Shown here: positions 51,019 to 60,707 of the stretch, one piece after another | Position numbering within the stretch: position 1 is the stretch's first letter | How the letters are laid out: the number at the start of each line of letters is the position of its first letter | NCBI GenBank assembly: GCA_018396535.1 | Contig: JAGTQC010000001.1 | Coordinates: 96,001 to 160,000, forward strand | Direction: 5' to 3' | DNA: 64,000 nt | From: Candidatus Bathyarchaeota archaeon | GTDB taxonomy: Archaea; Thermoproteota; CALKCG01; B24; DRYS01 | Notes under the pieces: model-generated | Database searches by the model: none | What the model was told of the DNA's origin: nothing | What the model saw: the letters and a program-made list of their open reading frames with translations, nothing else | Position numbers and translations under genes: made by a program

Positions 51019-51648
51019 TTGAAGAGTAGGGGTATAGTCTTTACGATCATATTAATGTCTATATCTCTCATCATACTTACTAGCTTCGGTAGATCTGAGG
51101 AGATAGCATATCCGCTATGGCTTAAACCAGGTGCTACTATAGTATATTATGGAAGATTAGGTATCGGCGAGGGGGTATTGGAAGCCACTGTGAAGTGGTA
51201 TGTAAGGAGTATCGATGCAAATAACATTATCCTAGAATCTACTATCGAATCGACTAGTTTAAGAACATCTATATCGAGAGTATTCAGTGTATCGGTAGAT
51301 ACAGGTAGGATCCTATCTATAAATGGGGAGGATGTGGATCCAAGTAGATTCTTCCTATGGATCTATCCTCCACCGAATGTAGGAGATGTAGTAGAGATAG
51401 AGGGGATCCAATATAGGATAACGCGTACGGATCGTGTAAACGCTTCTAATAGGGTATGGGAGTGTATAGTAGCTAACGCTACTATAGATAATACCTGTAT
51501 TCGTGGAAGCGTAGTTAGATGGTACGATATAGAAACTGGAGTACAGGTTAGAGTCTATATGAAGTTATCCTTCACATATAAGTTTAAGGGAGAGAATACA
51601 ACATCCTCGGCTGAAACAGATCTTATAGTATTATCGATATCATCATGA
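51019..51648 (+). CDS. Secreted beta-rich hypothetical protein
   Basis: N-terminal signal peptide (MKSR plus hydrophobic stretch). Contains WLKPGA..VY and WYD.ETG. Confidence 0.75.
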   Translation: MKSRGIVFTIILMSISLIILTSFGRSEEIAYPLWLKPGATIVYYGRLGIGEGVLEATVKWYVRSIDANNIILESTIESTSLRTSISRVFSVSVDTGRILSINGEDVDPSRFFLWIYPPPNVGDVVEIEGIQYRITRTDRVNASNRVWECIVANATIDNTCIRGSVVRWYDIETGVQVRVYMKLSFTYKFKGENTTSSAETDLIVLSISS

Positions 51649-51659
51649 TGAGTGCTATC

Positions 51660-52448
51660 CTAGCCGATAATCCTAGGTATCGTTACATATATTAGCATCC
51701 AAGCGAGTACTGTTATACCCTGCATTATGAGTGTACGTCCTCTATCGAGTTCTGCAAGCTTACCGACACCTATACCTGAAACCGTTATAACCCATATGGG
51801 GAAGGCGTAGAATAGTATATTCGATGCCTGAACTATGATGGAATTTCTCCATACCTCATCAGCTATAACGTTCAACCTATCTAAACTATTCCATACAGCT
51901 ATCTGATGCTTCACAGCTTGTATAGATGATAGTAGTGTTAGAACCTCTATCCTAGATGTTATCCTATAAGTTACATCAGGTACAAAGGGTAGGAGGATGA
52001 CCTGGAGTAGAGATGATATTATGTATGCTGTAAACGAGAAGCCTACACATAGTATAGTTCCAGGGAAGCTTCTCTCACCACCTAGAAGCCATGATGATAA
52101 GTATAGAATAACGGCTGTGATCAGGAAGTTTATACCGAGGCTCACAGTATTGGATATGAAGTTCATCAGCGTAGTCATAGGCCAGCCGTAGATATCTACG
52201 AAGGTGAAGCTTTCACCAACCTCTACATCATAGTATATGATCTTCGTAGCTTGGAGTAGTACATACGATAAACCAGCAGATAAACCAGTTAGTACGAATA
52301 GGAGGAGTACCCATAGATAATCTGGGTCTTCGAATACCTCATCATACACGTCATACGGCTTGAATAGTACTTTAAAACTCCATACACCCCTACCGCAAAT
52401 CCAACGTTTAGCCCTCGCTACTAGACCTTCTTCCACGCCTCTTCTCAC
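51660..52448 (-). CDS. Yip1-domain membrane protein
   Basis: VLFKP..V...V motif followed by about 5 TM helices, with LLGGE.SF. Confidence 0.75.
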   Translation of the reverse strand: MRRGVEEGLVARAKRWICGRGVWSFKVLFKPYDVYDEVFEDPDYLWVLLLFVLTGLSAGLSYVLLQATKIIYYDVEVGESFTFVDIYGWPMTTLMNFISNTVSLGINFLITAVILYLSSWLLGGERSFPGTILCVGFSFTAYIISSLLQVILLPFVPDVTYRITSRIEVLTLLSSIQAVKHQIAVWNSLDRLNVIADEVWRNSIIVQASNILFYAFPIWVITVSGIGVGKLAELDRGRTLIMQGITVLAWMLIYVTIPRIIG

Positions 52449-52830
52449 CTATAGATATAGCTTCTCTAGGTAGGAAGGCTATAAGCTTCCTCTCAGCTAG
52501 CCTCCTTAGAAATAGGAGGAGGGGTGTTTCAGCTTCCACCTTAGCTAGCTTATATTTAGAACATATCCTAGATAATATATCCTCCACACTATTCCTCCCA
52601 TCCATATTCAACCATATGAATGAACCTATATCATCTAGGTTTAACCTCTTCTCCTTCTTAACACCCCCACCCTTCCTAACAACTATATACACACCCCCAT
52701 CCGCATACTCACCCCACTCTACTATAGGGTTACGTACAGGTATCAGCTTCATAAAATCCTCTCTTGTAGGAGCTTCTCTACTCTCCCTGCGCCTCCTCCT
52801 GAAAAGCTTAGCGAAGATATTCGGAGACAT
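52408..52830 (-). CDS. PqqD-family / RiPP recognition element-like protein
   Basis: LNLDDIGSFIW..MDG..SV.DI...I...Y....EAE..L..FL..L....LI is the PqqD winged-helix signature. Confidence 0.85.
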   Translation of the reverse strand: MSPNIFAKLFRRRRRESREAPTREDFMKLIPVRNPIVEWGEYADGGVYIVVRKGGGVKKEKRLNLDDIGSFIWLNMDGRNSVEDILSRICSKYKLAKVEAETPLLLFLRRLAERKLIAFLPREAISIGEKRRGRRSSSEG

Positions 52831-52843
52831 AGCTTAACCACCT

Positions 52844-53767
52844 TCAATGACATCTTAAATTCTCGAAGACTTCATTCATAACCTTTTCGATAGCCTCTCC
52901 TAAACCCTTCTCCTTAAGGATAGAGAATGCGTACAATCTATCCATCATATCGCAGATCCATACATAGGTATAACCATCCATAGGCTTCTTTAATAAACCC
53001 CTTCTAAATGAGAGAGGGTAGAGGTATCCTTCATGACCGAATACATCCACCTGCATAGGCTTCCTCCATATAAGACCTTTTAAAGTCTTACCTAGAAATC
53101 TACGATACTTCTCCCTAACCCAATCCTCCAGCTTCTCCTTCTTCAAAACCCTACTAGCTAACCCAACCCTCTCAAACCCTATATAGCCATACCTAGATTC
53201 GAATAGCAGGTATATATCGGCAGGATAGAATCTCCTATCTACGAGTTCGAAATCTACAGGTATCTTCAACTCTATATCGAAGATCCTCCAAGATAGGGTG
53301 CTATCCCCGGGGTGGCAATCAAAGTTTGATAAAACTCTCTCAGAGATAGCCTTAACCCTATCATACTCCTCTCTATCGAAGTGGAATCTCAATATAAAGC
53401 TACGCATACTTCTATCACAGTTAAACACGTATATGAAACCCTCCCTACCACCGCGGTAGTAGATATACGATGCTAAATGCCCATTAATCCTACCCTCACC
53501 TCTACTAGCTACTTTGAAATCCGGATCCTCCTTCCTACCCTTAGATTCCAGATCCTTAAGAATCCTCCTAGGATCGGGTGTCTTACTCTTCTTAAACCCC
53601 TCCCATCTAACCTCTAACCTAGGCTTATAATCATCAAACCTAAGATAGCCACGCTTAGAATTACCCCCCTCAACCTTTATAACCCAATCCTCAGGTATGG
53701 AGCATGATATACGATGCCAACTAAACCCTACTAATTCGATACTCTCAGGAGACACAGCTGCTAGCAA
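52844..53767 (-). CDS. Hypothetical protein with two internally similar domains, co-operonic with PqqD
   Basis: Repeated motifs: FSW..ISCSIPEDW vs SW..FDIELKIPVDF, INGH vs VFGH, and FNCDRSMR vs WICDMMDR. Confidence 0.8.
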   Translation of the reverse strand: MLAAVSPESIELVGFSWHRISCSIPEDWVIKVEGGNSKRGYLRFDDYKPRLEVRWEGFKKSKTPDPRRILKDLESKGRKEDPDFKVASRGEGRINGHLASYIYYRGGREGFIYVFNCDRSMRSFILRFHFDREEYDRVKAISERVLSNFDCHPGDSTLSWRIFDIELKIPVDFELVDRRFYPADIYLLFESRYGYIGFERVGLASRVLKKEKLEDWVREKYRRFLGKTLKGLIWRKPMQVDVFGHEGYLYPLSFRRGLLKKPMDGYTYVWICDMMDRLYAFSILKEKGLGEAIEKVMNEVFENLRCH

Positions 53768-53845
53768 CTTAAATATCGTATAGAGCGAAGATAACCTTTT
53801 TCCATAAAGACATATTTAGAGGAGGTGTAGAGTATAACTAGCCTA

Positions 53846-53920
53846 TGGGCCGGCCCGGATTCGAACCGGGGATCTCCGCGGTGTGAACGCGGCGTCTTAA
53901 CCAGGCTGGACCACCGGCCC
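53846..53920 (-). tRNA. tRNA-Val(CAC), CCA not encoded
   Basis: GGGCCGG acceptor stem, CCGCG-TTCACAC-CGCGG anticodon arm, TTCGAAT T-loop. TTTAAA about 30 nt upstream. Confidence 0.96.
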
Positions 53921-54018
53921 GCATCGATAATATAGACCAACTCTTCACTTTAAATACTTTCACTCAGTTAATCAGAGTTTGATAAACATCTCGACCCATG
54001 ATTATGATCTAGGAGATC

Positions 54019-54186
54019 CTATCTCTTAATAGCTGGCTCCCTATGCTTCCATCTAAGATTATAGGATTTACAGTTCCTACACTTCTCAGCGTTAGGACTA
54101 TTCCTAACACCACACTCCCTACAGATCTTTACGTATAGCCTCTTCCTCATAGCTATCTCTCGTTTAACAGGGTCTCTTATAGGCAT
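54019..54186 (-). CDS. rpl40e: 50S ribosomal protein L40e (below the ORF-track size cut-off)
   Basis: MPIRDP...KICRECGVRN...AEKCRNCKSYNLRWK, 55 aa. Confidence 0.93.
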   Translation of the reverse strand: MPIRDPVKREIAMRKRLYVKICRECGVRNSPNAEKCRNCKSYNLRWKHREPAIKR

Positions 54187-54323
54187 AGAGCCTCCTCTCC
54201 GTAGGAGGGAGTCTAGAATCTCTATATAAAGGCTTTGCTTGATAATTTGTAGGCTAAACTATCCCAGGGTTCGAAGTATATTTTATATTTATATCTAAGC
54301 TCTATTCCAGAGTGAAGGAGGAT

Positions 54324-54527
54324 ATGCCTAGAGAGGTATCAGACGTAGAGGAGTTTGTTAAGTTATCTGAGAAAGCTGAATACTGTTTAGTTAAGACTAA
54401 CCATAGGGATGGATCTGTTAAATTAAAGCTTAGAACCAAGAGGTATCTATACACTCTTAAAGTTAAGGATGCGAATGATGCTGAAACAATACTGAAGAAG
54501 ATCAAATGCAGTGTTAGAAGGATATAG
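54324..54527 (+). CDS. rpl38e: 50S ribosomal protein L38e
   Basis: MPREV.D.EEF...VKLKLRTKRYLYTLK. GGAGG SD before ATG 54324. Confidence 0.9.
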   Translation: MPREVSDVEEFVKLSEKAEYCLVKTNHRDGSVKLKLRTKRYLYTLKVKDANDAETILKKIKCSVRRI

Positions 54528-54560
54528 ATATTAGCCGAGACCCCCTATTGGTGTATACGT

Positions 54561-55493
54561 ATGAGTAGAGTAGCCGTAGTTAAAGATCTTGAAGATAGGA
54601 GGAGAGGGTTAGCGAAGGCTTTAGGTTTGATAGAGGATGATATCCTAGCTAGCCTATATGGTAGACCTAGAATATTGATTAAACCTAACTTCGTAAGCGC
54701 ATATAGCTATCTATCAGCAACACCTGTAGAATGTGTCGAAGAGATAGTGAAGCTTCTACTAAGCTTAACGAACGCGAAGGAGGTTTTAGTAGCTGAAACA
54801 CCTACTATAGGTAGTTTTAGAGAAGCTATCAAGAGATTCGGGTATGAGATGTTGAAGGATACCTATGGTGTAGAGTTATGCGATTTAGATGAATACGGAT
54901 TCGATGAGGTAGAGGTGGTAGATAGTATGGGGAGATCGTTCACCATACCTATATCTAAACTCGTAATGGATGCAGATTTCAGAGTCTCCGCTGTAAGACC
55001 TAAAACACACGATGTAGTCGTAGTAACTTTAACTATAAAGAATATAGTCGTAGGCTCTATCAAGAGGGAGAGCCGCCACCTTATACATCAAGGCTACTGG
55101 CAGATAAACTATAACATCGCTAAGATCGCTACATACGTTACACCTCATTTAGCAGTAGTAGATGGATTTGAAGCTATGGAGGGGGATGGGCCTGTAAACG
55201 GTAGACCTAAAAAGTGGGGTGTATACTTCGCTTCTACAAACCCTATATCGCTAGATTCGATAGTAGCATACGCTATGGGGTTCGATGTATACGATATAGG
55301 CTACCTATACATCCTATCGCTATGGGGTTATGGTGAGATAAACCCGGATAGAATAGGATTATTAGGAGATCCTCTAAAAGATATCGCTACGATATTCAAA
55401 CCGCATAGAAGATTTAGGGAGCAATTGAGGTGGAGGGATCATATAGATACTATCATGAAGCTTCCTAGAGGGATACGAGCATCTACTAGCTGA
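54561..55493 (+). CDS. DUF362-domain protein
   Basis: LIKPNFV, KTH....TL..KN..G and VDG..AMEGDGP..G motifs. Confidence 0.85.
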   Translation: MSRVAVVKDLEDRRRGLAKALGLIEDDILASLYGRPRILIKPNFVSAYSYLSATPVECVEEIVKLLLSLTNAKEVLVAETPTIGSFREAIKRFGYEMLKDTYGVELCDLDEYGFDEVEVVDSMGRSFTIPISKLVMDADFRVSAVRPKTHDVVVVTLTIKNIVVGSIKRESRHLIHQGYWQINYNIAKIATYVTPHLAVVDGFEAMEGDGPVNGRPKKWGVYFASTNPISLDSIVAYAMGFDVYDIGYLYILSLWGYGEINPDRIGLLGDPLKDIATIFKPHRRFREQLRWRDHIDTIMKLPRGIRASTS

Positions 55494-55495
55494 AT

Positions 55496-56731
55496 CTAGG
55501 CTCCATACTTATGCGTTAGATTCACTATATCTAGTAGGATCGGCATAAGATCTAGACCTCTAATCCTACCGAGACCACCTTTACTACACACCCTCTCTTC
55601 AAACCTACCTATATCATCCACACGTACATCAGGACCAGCTATAGCTATAGGTACAGGATCTGCTGAATGAGTCCTTATACTACAAGGTGTAGAATGATCT
55701 GCTGTTAACGCTATAACATAATCCTCTACCTTATCTATAATCATGTAGAGAGCATCATCTATACGCTCTATTAACTCTATCTTCCTCCTATAATTCCCAT
55801 CCTCACCAGCTAGATCTGTAGCTTTAAAGTGGAGGTATATTAGATCATAGCTTTCCAAAGCCTTAACACAGGCATCGACTTTAGCTTTAAAATCACTCTC
55901 ATAAGTACCTGTAGCACCCTTCACATCGATTACATCCATACCTACATACCTAGCTACACCCTTATAGAGCGGGCCTCCAGCAATACAGCAAGCCTTTAAG
56001 CCATATCTCTCGGTAACCCTAGGTATAGGCTCATAGAAGCTAGCACCCCTGATGAGGAGAGCGTTAGCTTGAAGCTTCCCCTCAGAAAACCTCCTCCTAT
56101 TCACCTCAGCTTTAGAGAGTATCCGGTATGCATCCATAGATATACGGTTTACAAGCTCAGCCGTTCGTTTAGCTTCTACACTCCCATCTAGAGGTTTACA
56201 TACTAGTATAGGAGCGCCATCCCTCTCAGGATCGGTATCCGATACTAACCAAGATAAACCCTCACCGCGAATTACAAGCACACCTCTATGCTCGACACCT
56301 GGATAGAAACGTAGCTCAACACCAGGTATCCTCAACTCCTCATCTAACAGCTGGAACAGTATACGCGAATCATCACCCCCAATCCTCCCAGCCCTCCTAT
56401 CTATAACCATCAGATTATCATCTACGGTAGCAAGATTCACCCTAAACGTAAGATCCCCAGGTTTAACATCTATACCTATACCTAGAGCTTCGAACACCCC
56501 TCTACCCTTATAATATTCATATGGATTATAACCGAATATAGCTAGATGAGCTGGTGCACTTCCAGGTCTAACACCTGGAGCTATAGGATCCATAATACCG
56601 CATACACCGTTAGCAGCTATGAAATCCATAGAAGGCTTCCTCGAAGCTTCTAAAGGTGTTCTGAAACCTATATCCTTTATAGGTCTATCCCCTAATCCAT
56701 CGCATACCACTAGTATAATCTTCGCAGACAT
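55496..56731 (-). CDS. apgM: 2,3-bisphosphoglycerate-independent phosphoglycerate mutase (archaeal)
   Basis: DGLGDRP, PGS..AH...FGY, DRRAGRI, TADHSTP and HS.DPVP motifs. Confidence 0.95.
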   Translation of the reverse strand: MSAKIILVVCDGLGDRPIKDIGFRTPLEASRKPSMDFIAANGVCGIMDPIAPGVRPGSAPAHLAIFGYNPYEYYKGRGVFEALGIGIDVKPGDLTFRVNLATVDDNLMVIDRRAGRIGGDDSRILFQLLDEELRIPGVELRFYPGVEHRGVLVIRGEGLSWLVSDTDPERDGAPILVCKPLDGSVEAKRTAELVNRISMDAYRILSKAEVNRRRFSEGKLQANALLIRGASFYEPIPRVTERYGLKACCIAGGPLYKGVARYVGMDVIDVKGATGTYESDFKAKVDACVKALESYDLIYLHFKATDLAGEDGNYRRKIELIERIDDALYMIIDKVEDYVIALTADHSTPCSIRTHSADPVPIAIAGPDVRVDDIGRFEERVCSKGGLGRIRGLDLMPILLDIVNLTHKYGA

Positions 56732-56745
56732 AGCATAGACCTCCA

Positions 56746-57138
56746 CTACTCTGGAAGCTTAGTACCACACTTTATACAAAACCTATTCTTAGGATCGTTC
56801 GGGTAGCCGCAGTTAGGGCAGATCTTAGGGGTTATAGGAGCCGGTTGCGGTTTAGCTATGAGTGGGGGAGCGGTAACCTCAGGTTTAGCTTTAGCTGGCG
56901 GCTCATAATCAACCTTCAACAATACCACATCACCTATAGATTTAACCTGGCTCCAAGGTATATCCCTCTCAGTATCTCCATACCTTATGGTTAGAGCTAG
57001 CTCTACACGATCATCCAGTAATCTAAACGATATATCCTTAACCTCGCCTACTATATATCCACGCTGCTCGATAACCTTCTTACCTACAACCTCACTCTGC
57101 CTCACATACCTAACCTCAGTATCGCCGTTCAACCCCAC
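56746..57138 (-). CDS. PRC-barrel protein with Pro-rich linker and C-terminal double zinc ribbon
   Basis: VGKKVI...G..VGEVKDI and IPW..V..IGDVVLL, then CPNCG...N.FC.KCG. Confidence 0.85.
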   Translation of the reverse strand: MGLNGDTEVRYVRQSEVVGKKVIEQRGYIVGEVKDISFRLLDDRVELALTIRYGDTERDIPWSQVKSIGDVVLLKVDYEPPAKAKPEVTAPPLIAKPQPAPITPKICPNCGYPNDPKNRFCIKCGTKLPE

Positions 57139-57266
57139 CCTACAACTGTAGGCTATATACTAATAAGGTTTCTCCAAGCATAGAGGCTAAGCCTAATCTT
57201 CAACAACTGCAAAGTTTAAATCCTAGTAGATATCGAATTAGATCATCGAATACCTGGGGTTAAGCC

Positions 57267-57566
57267 TTGCCTAAAGGTAGGCTATGCGATACTAGATGCG
57301 AATTCTTCAGATGCCGTCAAAAAGCATTTAAACAACGTAGTGGCATAGCATGGTGTACCATATCCGGAGACCCATGTATAGGATATAAATGTAACTACGC
57401 ATTCTGCGAGAAACGGAAGATGCTTAACGATGGGAGCTGCGGGTTAACTATAAAAAGTGGGAGTAGCCTAAGTCTAGAAGAGATAGAGAAGGAAGCTATA
57501 CCTAAACCGTCGATTAGAGTTAAAGGTAAATTGAGTAGAAGAATAAGATTCGAAGATATAGTATAG
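57267..57566 (+). CDS. Cys-rich hypothetical protein (8 Cys)
   Basis: C..RC.FFRC...WC...GD.C.G..C.YA.C......G.C pattern. Confidence 0.75.
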   Translation: MPKGRLCDTRCEFFRCRQKAFKQRSGIAWCTISGDPCIGYKCNYAFCEKRKMLNDGSCGLTIKSGSSLSLEEIEKEAIPKPSIRVKGKLSRRIRFEDIV

Positions 57567-57678
57567 TTAACATTAAACATAATAAGATATAAAAACCACA
57601 ATTTTTATACATTCCTAAATCAGGTAATATACATCCAAATAAACCTTTTAACTCCTACATGTATATGGCTCTAACAGT

Positions 57679-58455
57679 ATGGGGAGAATATTCTGCGCGG
57701 GGGAGTACGCCCTACTATACCTAGATAGAAGGAGGAAGTATATCGTTAAACTAGAGGAGGGTAAACGTTTTCATACACATAAGGGCTTCATAGAGTTAAA
57801 CCAGATTATAGGTAGACCAGAAGGTATAGTCGTTAGGAGTAGTATAGGGGTCGAATTCCATGTATTCAGACCCTCACTATGGGATCATGTAGAGAAGTAT
57901 GAGAGACCTACACAGATACTATACCCAAAGGATATAGGTTTCATAATAGTCTACGCAGATATAGGTCCAGGCTGTAGGATTATAGAATCTGGTGTAGGAT
58001 CAGGAGCATTAACAAGCTTCCTAGCATACCATGTAAAACCTACAGGTAGGATCTACGGATATGATATAAACCCTAGGTTCATAGAGACTGCTAGAAGGAA
58101 TCTAGAACGTACAGGTCTCATAGAGTATGTAGAGCTTAAACTCGGAGATGTATATAAGGGAGTGGATGAAGAAGATGTAGATGCAGCTATACTCGACGTA
58201 CCATCACCATGGCTAGCTTTAGATTCGATATATAAGTCTCTCAGATCAGGAGGATTCCTAGTCAGCTTTAGTCCAACTATAAACCAGGTTGAAAAACTCG
58301 TAGAATCTATAGAGACGCATAGAGGATTCCTAGTCACAAATATATTGGAGATACTCACTAGAAGCTATAAGGTGAAGAAGGGGGAGACAAGACCTGAAAC
58401 TACTATGATAGCGCATACAGGCTACCTATTATTCGCTAGGAAGAGAGTACTTTGA
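57679..58455 (+). CDS. trmI: tRNA (adenine57/58-N1)-methyltransferase
   Basis: TQI.YPKD, IESG.GSGALT, LD.P.PW and HTGYL motifs. Confidence 0.95.
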   Translation: MGRIFCAGEYALLYLDRRRKYIVKLEEGKRFHTHKGFIELNQIIGRPEGIVVRSSIGVEFHVFRPSLWDHVEKYERPTQILYPKDIGFIIVYADIGPGCRIIESGVGSGALTSFLAYHVKPTGRIYGYDINPRFIETARRNLERTGLIEYVELKLGDVYKGVDEEDVDAAILDVPSPWLALDSIYKSLRSGGFLVSFSPTINQVEKLVESIETHRGFLVTNILEILTRSYKVKKGETRPETTMIAHTGYLLFARKRVL

Positions 58456-58457
58456 AA

Positions 58458-59357
58458 TCATAAACCCAGCATAGAAGCTACATACTCAGGATCATACTCC
58501 ACTAGATCATCTAGACTTGAACCTACACCTAGAAAGTATATAGGCTTCTTAAGCGTATATGCTACGTTAAGTATAGCTCCACCCTTAACATCTGCATCCA
58601 CCTTTGTTATCACAGCTCCATCCACACCTACATAGCTATCGAACTCCCTCGCCTGATCCACTATACTATTACCTGTGAGGGCGTCACCTACGAATACACT
58701 CATATCAGGGTTTACAACTCTTACAATCTTCCGCATCTCATCGAGGAGATTACGCTTAGTCTGCATCCTACCAGCAGTATCTATGAGGACGACATCCATC
58801 TTCCTCGCTCTAGCATATTGTACAGCATCAAAGGCTACGGCTGCAGGATCGCTTCCATAAACCTGCTTAACTAGATCTACACCCACCATCCTAGATAGTA
58901 TCTCAAGCTGCTCGATCGCCCCAGCTCTAAACGTATCGCTACAAGCTAATACAACTCTAAACCCCCTACCCCTAAGCCTCCACCCAATCTTAGCTATAGT
59001 TAGAGTCTTACCTACACCATTAACACCTAGAAATAACACTATATACGGTTTAATAGATTCCTCTACAACTTCATCGAACCTTTTATCAGGCTTCACCGAT
59101 TTAAGAATATCGAGAATCGATTCCCTCAATACAGATTCCACCATACCTCTCCTATCAGAGAATCTACTAATCCTTACACCTGTAATCCTATTCTCGATAG
59201 AGCTGCATAGAGCTTCGGCTACATCTAGAGCTACATCCGCTTCTATAAGCGAGTATTTTAGCTCATCTAGATATCCATGTATATCCTCAGGTTTAAGCTC
59301 TACCTCTACTATTACACTCCTAAATCTATCTAGAGCTTTCCTAATAGCTTCAAGCAG
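58458..59357 (-). CDS. ftsY: SRP receptor FtsY, with inferred CTG start at 59357
   Basis: GVNGVGKT, DTFRAGA, DTAGR and TKVD..KGG motifs. The N-domain (L.EADVA..VAE) lies upstream of ATG 59144. The frame opens after TAA 59382. Confidence 0.93.
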   Translation of the reverse strand: MLEAIRKALDRFRSVIVEVELKPEDIHGYLDELKYSLIEADVALDVAEALCSSIENRITGVRISRFSDRRGMVESVLRESILDILKSVKPDKRFDEVVEESIKPYIVLFLGVNGVGKTLTIAKIGWRLRGRGFRVVLACSDTFRAGAIEQLEILSRMVGVDLVKQVYGSDPAAVAFDAVQYARARKMDVVLIDTAGRMQTKRNLLDEMRKIVRVVNPDMSVFVGDALTGNSIVDQAREFDSYVGVDGAVITKVDADVKGGAILNVAYTLKKPIYFLGVGSSLDDLVEYDPEYVASMLGL

Positions 59358-59799
59358 TCCTCCCGCCCTCCATAGACCTACTTAACTCTGCAAGCCTCCT
59401 CCTAGCTTCCTCCAGCTTCGCGATAACGTTAACTAACTGCTGCTGTAGGTTATCTCTAAACTTCAATATATTGTTAGCCCTCTCCTCTATTATCTTAATA
59501 GCATCATCAACCTTCTTCTCTACATACACGTTACCACCCATATTTAACAAGACATTCTCCACATCGATTATAGTACACTTGATATACGATCCAGAACCTA
59601 TCGACACCAAAGCCTCTATATTAGGCTTCTCATTCTTAAGAGCATTAAGTGTATCGCATGTCTGCCTATGCTCGCTATAAGATGCTTCAGCTAAACTCAA
59701 CCTCTGCCTAATACTCTCCGCAGTCTGCTCTAGTATCGATATCTCTGCTACTAGCTGCTCCAACTCCTTCTCTATCCTACTACGACTATCCATCCCCAT
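59350..59799 (-). CDS. pfdA: Prefoldin alpha subunit
   Basis: Coiled coils flanking LVSIGSGSYI...V...G...YVEK. Confidence 0.93.
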   Translation of the reverse strand: MGMDSRSRIEKELEQLVAEISILEQTAESIRQRLSLAEASYSEHRQTCDTLNALKNEKPNIEALVSIGSGSYIKCTIIDVENVLLNMGGNVYVEKKVDDAIKIIEERANNILKFRDNLQQQLVNVIAKLEEARRRLAELSRSMEGGRTA

Positions 59800-59980
59800 C
59801 TACATCCACCCTCTCCACCCTTATATTACGTCTCTTAACCCTATGGTGGCTGCCAACTTCAGAGTAAAGCTTCTCTAAAGCATCTTCAAGCTTTAAAGCT
59901 CTAACCTCTTTACTAAACCTAGTCTTGAATATACCGATCCTATAGGAGCAGGTTATCCTAAACCTCTTAACCTCACCCAT
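59786..59980 (-). CDS. rpl18a: 50S ribosomal protein LX (eL20/L18ae)
   Basis: F.KEVRAL..E.A.EK.YS..GS.H.VKR..I motif. Confidence 0.92.
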   Translation of the reverse strand: MGEVKRFRITCSYRIGIFKTRFSKEVRALKLEDALEKLYSEVGSHHRVKRRNIRVERVDVDGDG

Positions 59981-60020
59981 ACCATTCTATCTAACCTTGA
60001 ATAAACCCTCTAAATTAGCT

Positions 60021-60701
60021 TTACTCCTCTATACGAAAAGCTTCTGTTACACGAGCTAGCTCCGAACCCCTAGTATTATCGCTTACTAGAAGCCCATAGC
60101 TATTCGCTACTACACCTATCTTAATAAGGCGGCTTCCATAATTCACCGTACCCTTATAGACAGGAACCTTTAACAGATTCCTAATGAGATCCTCCTCCTC
60201 AGATAATATCATCGGATCGACTAGAACCCCTCTATTAGTTGCAACAGCTAGACTACCTGTATAGGGTAGATTCTCTATACTACCAGTTTCAACCTCTATA
60301 TCTAGCGTATCCGATATCACCCTAACCTGCTCCCTAGATAATCTTAGACCAGAAATGCATCCCAAATCGTTTACAAGAAGAAAGTTACCTATAGCAGTCC
60401 ACTTAGTAGGTAGAACATCAACCCTTATATCACCAGGTATAGAAGCCTTTATCCTCTCAAACTCATCATCACCTACCAATGGTGAGAGAAGGATGCCTCT
60501 AGAGTTAGCAACCGTAAATATACCTAGAAGATCTGACTTATAGACTGTAGTTTTAACAACCGTATCGACTTTAAAAGTCTCTAGGAGTAGTTTAACATCC
60601 TCATCCATAGTGGATTCTGGACATATAACAAACCTATCTGTTACCCTAAAGTATATACCTATACAGGATCTACCATAGAAGCTGTAGTGGGATACCGGCA
60701 G
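60021..60701 (-). CDS. eif6: Translation initiation factor 6, with inferred CTG start at 60701
   Basis: ANS.G, GN....ND, GTVN.G and G.EL motifs. The conserved first repeat (FYG...IGIY...TD) is upstream of ATG 60608. Confidence 0.92.
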   Translation of the reverse strand: MPVSHYSFYGRSCIGIYFRVTDRFVICPESTMDEDVKLLLETFKVDTVVKTTVYKSDLLGIFTVANSRGILLSPLVGDDEFERIKASIPGDIRVDVLPTKWTAIGNFLLVNDLGCISGLRLSREQVRVISDTLDIEVETGSIENLPYTGSLAVATNRGVLVDPMILSEEEDLIRNLLKVPVYKGTVNYGSRLIKIGVVANSYGLLVSDNTRGSELARVTEAFRIEE

Positions 60702-60707
60702 AAGAAT

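Noticed and set aside
51640-51670. ATGATGA...CCGA between convergent genes
   Set aside because: No C' or D box follows. The motif arises from the stop codon context.
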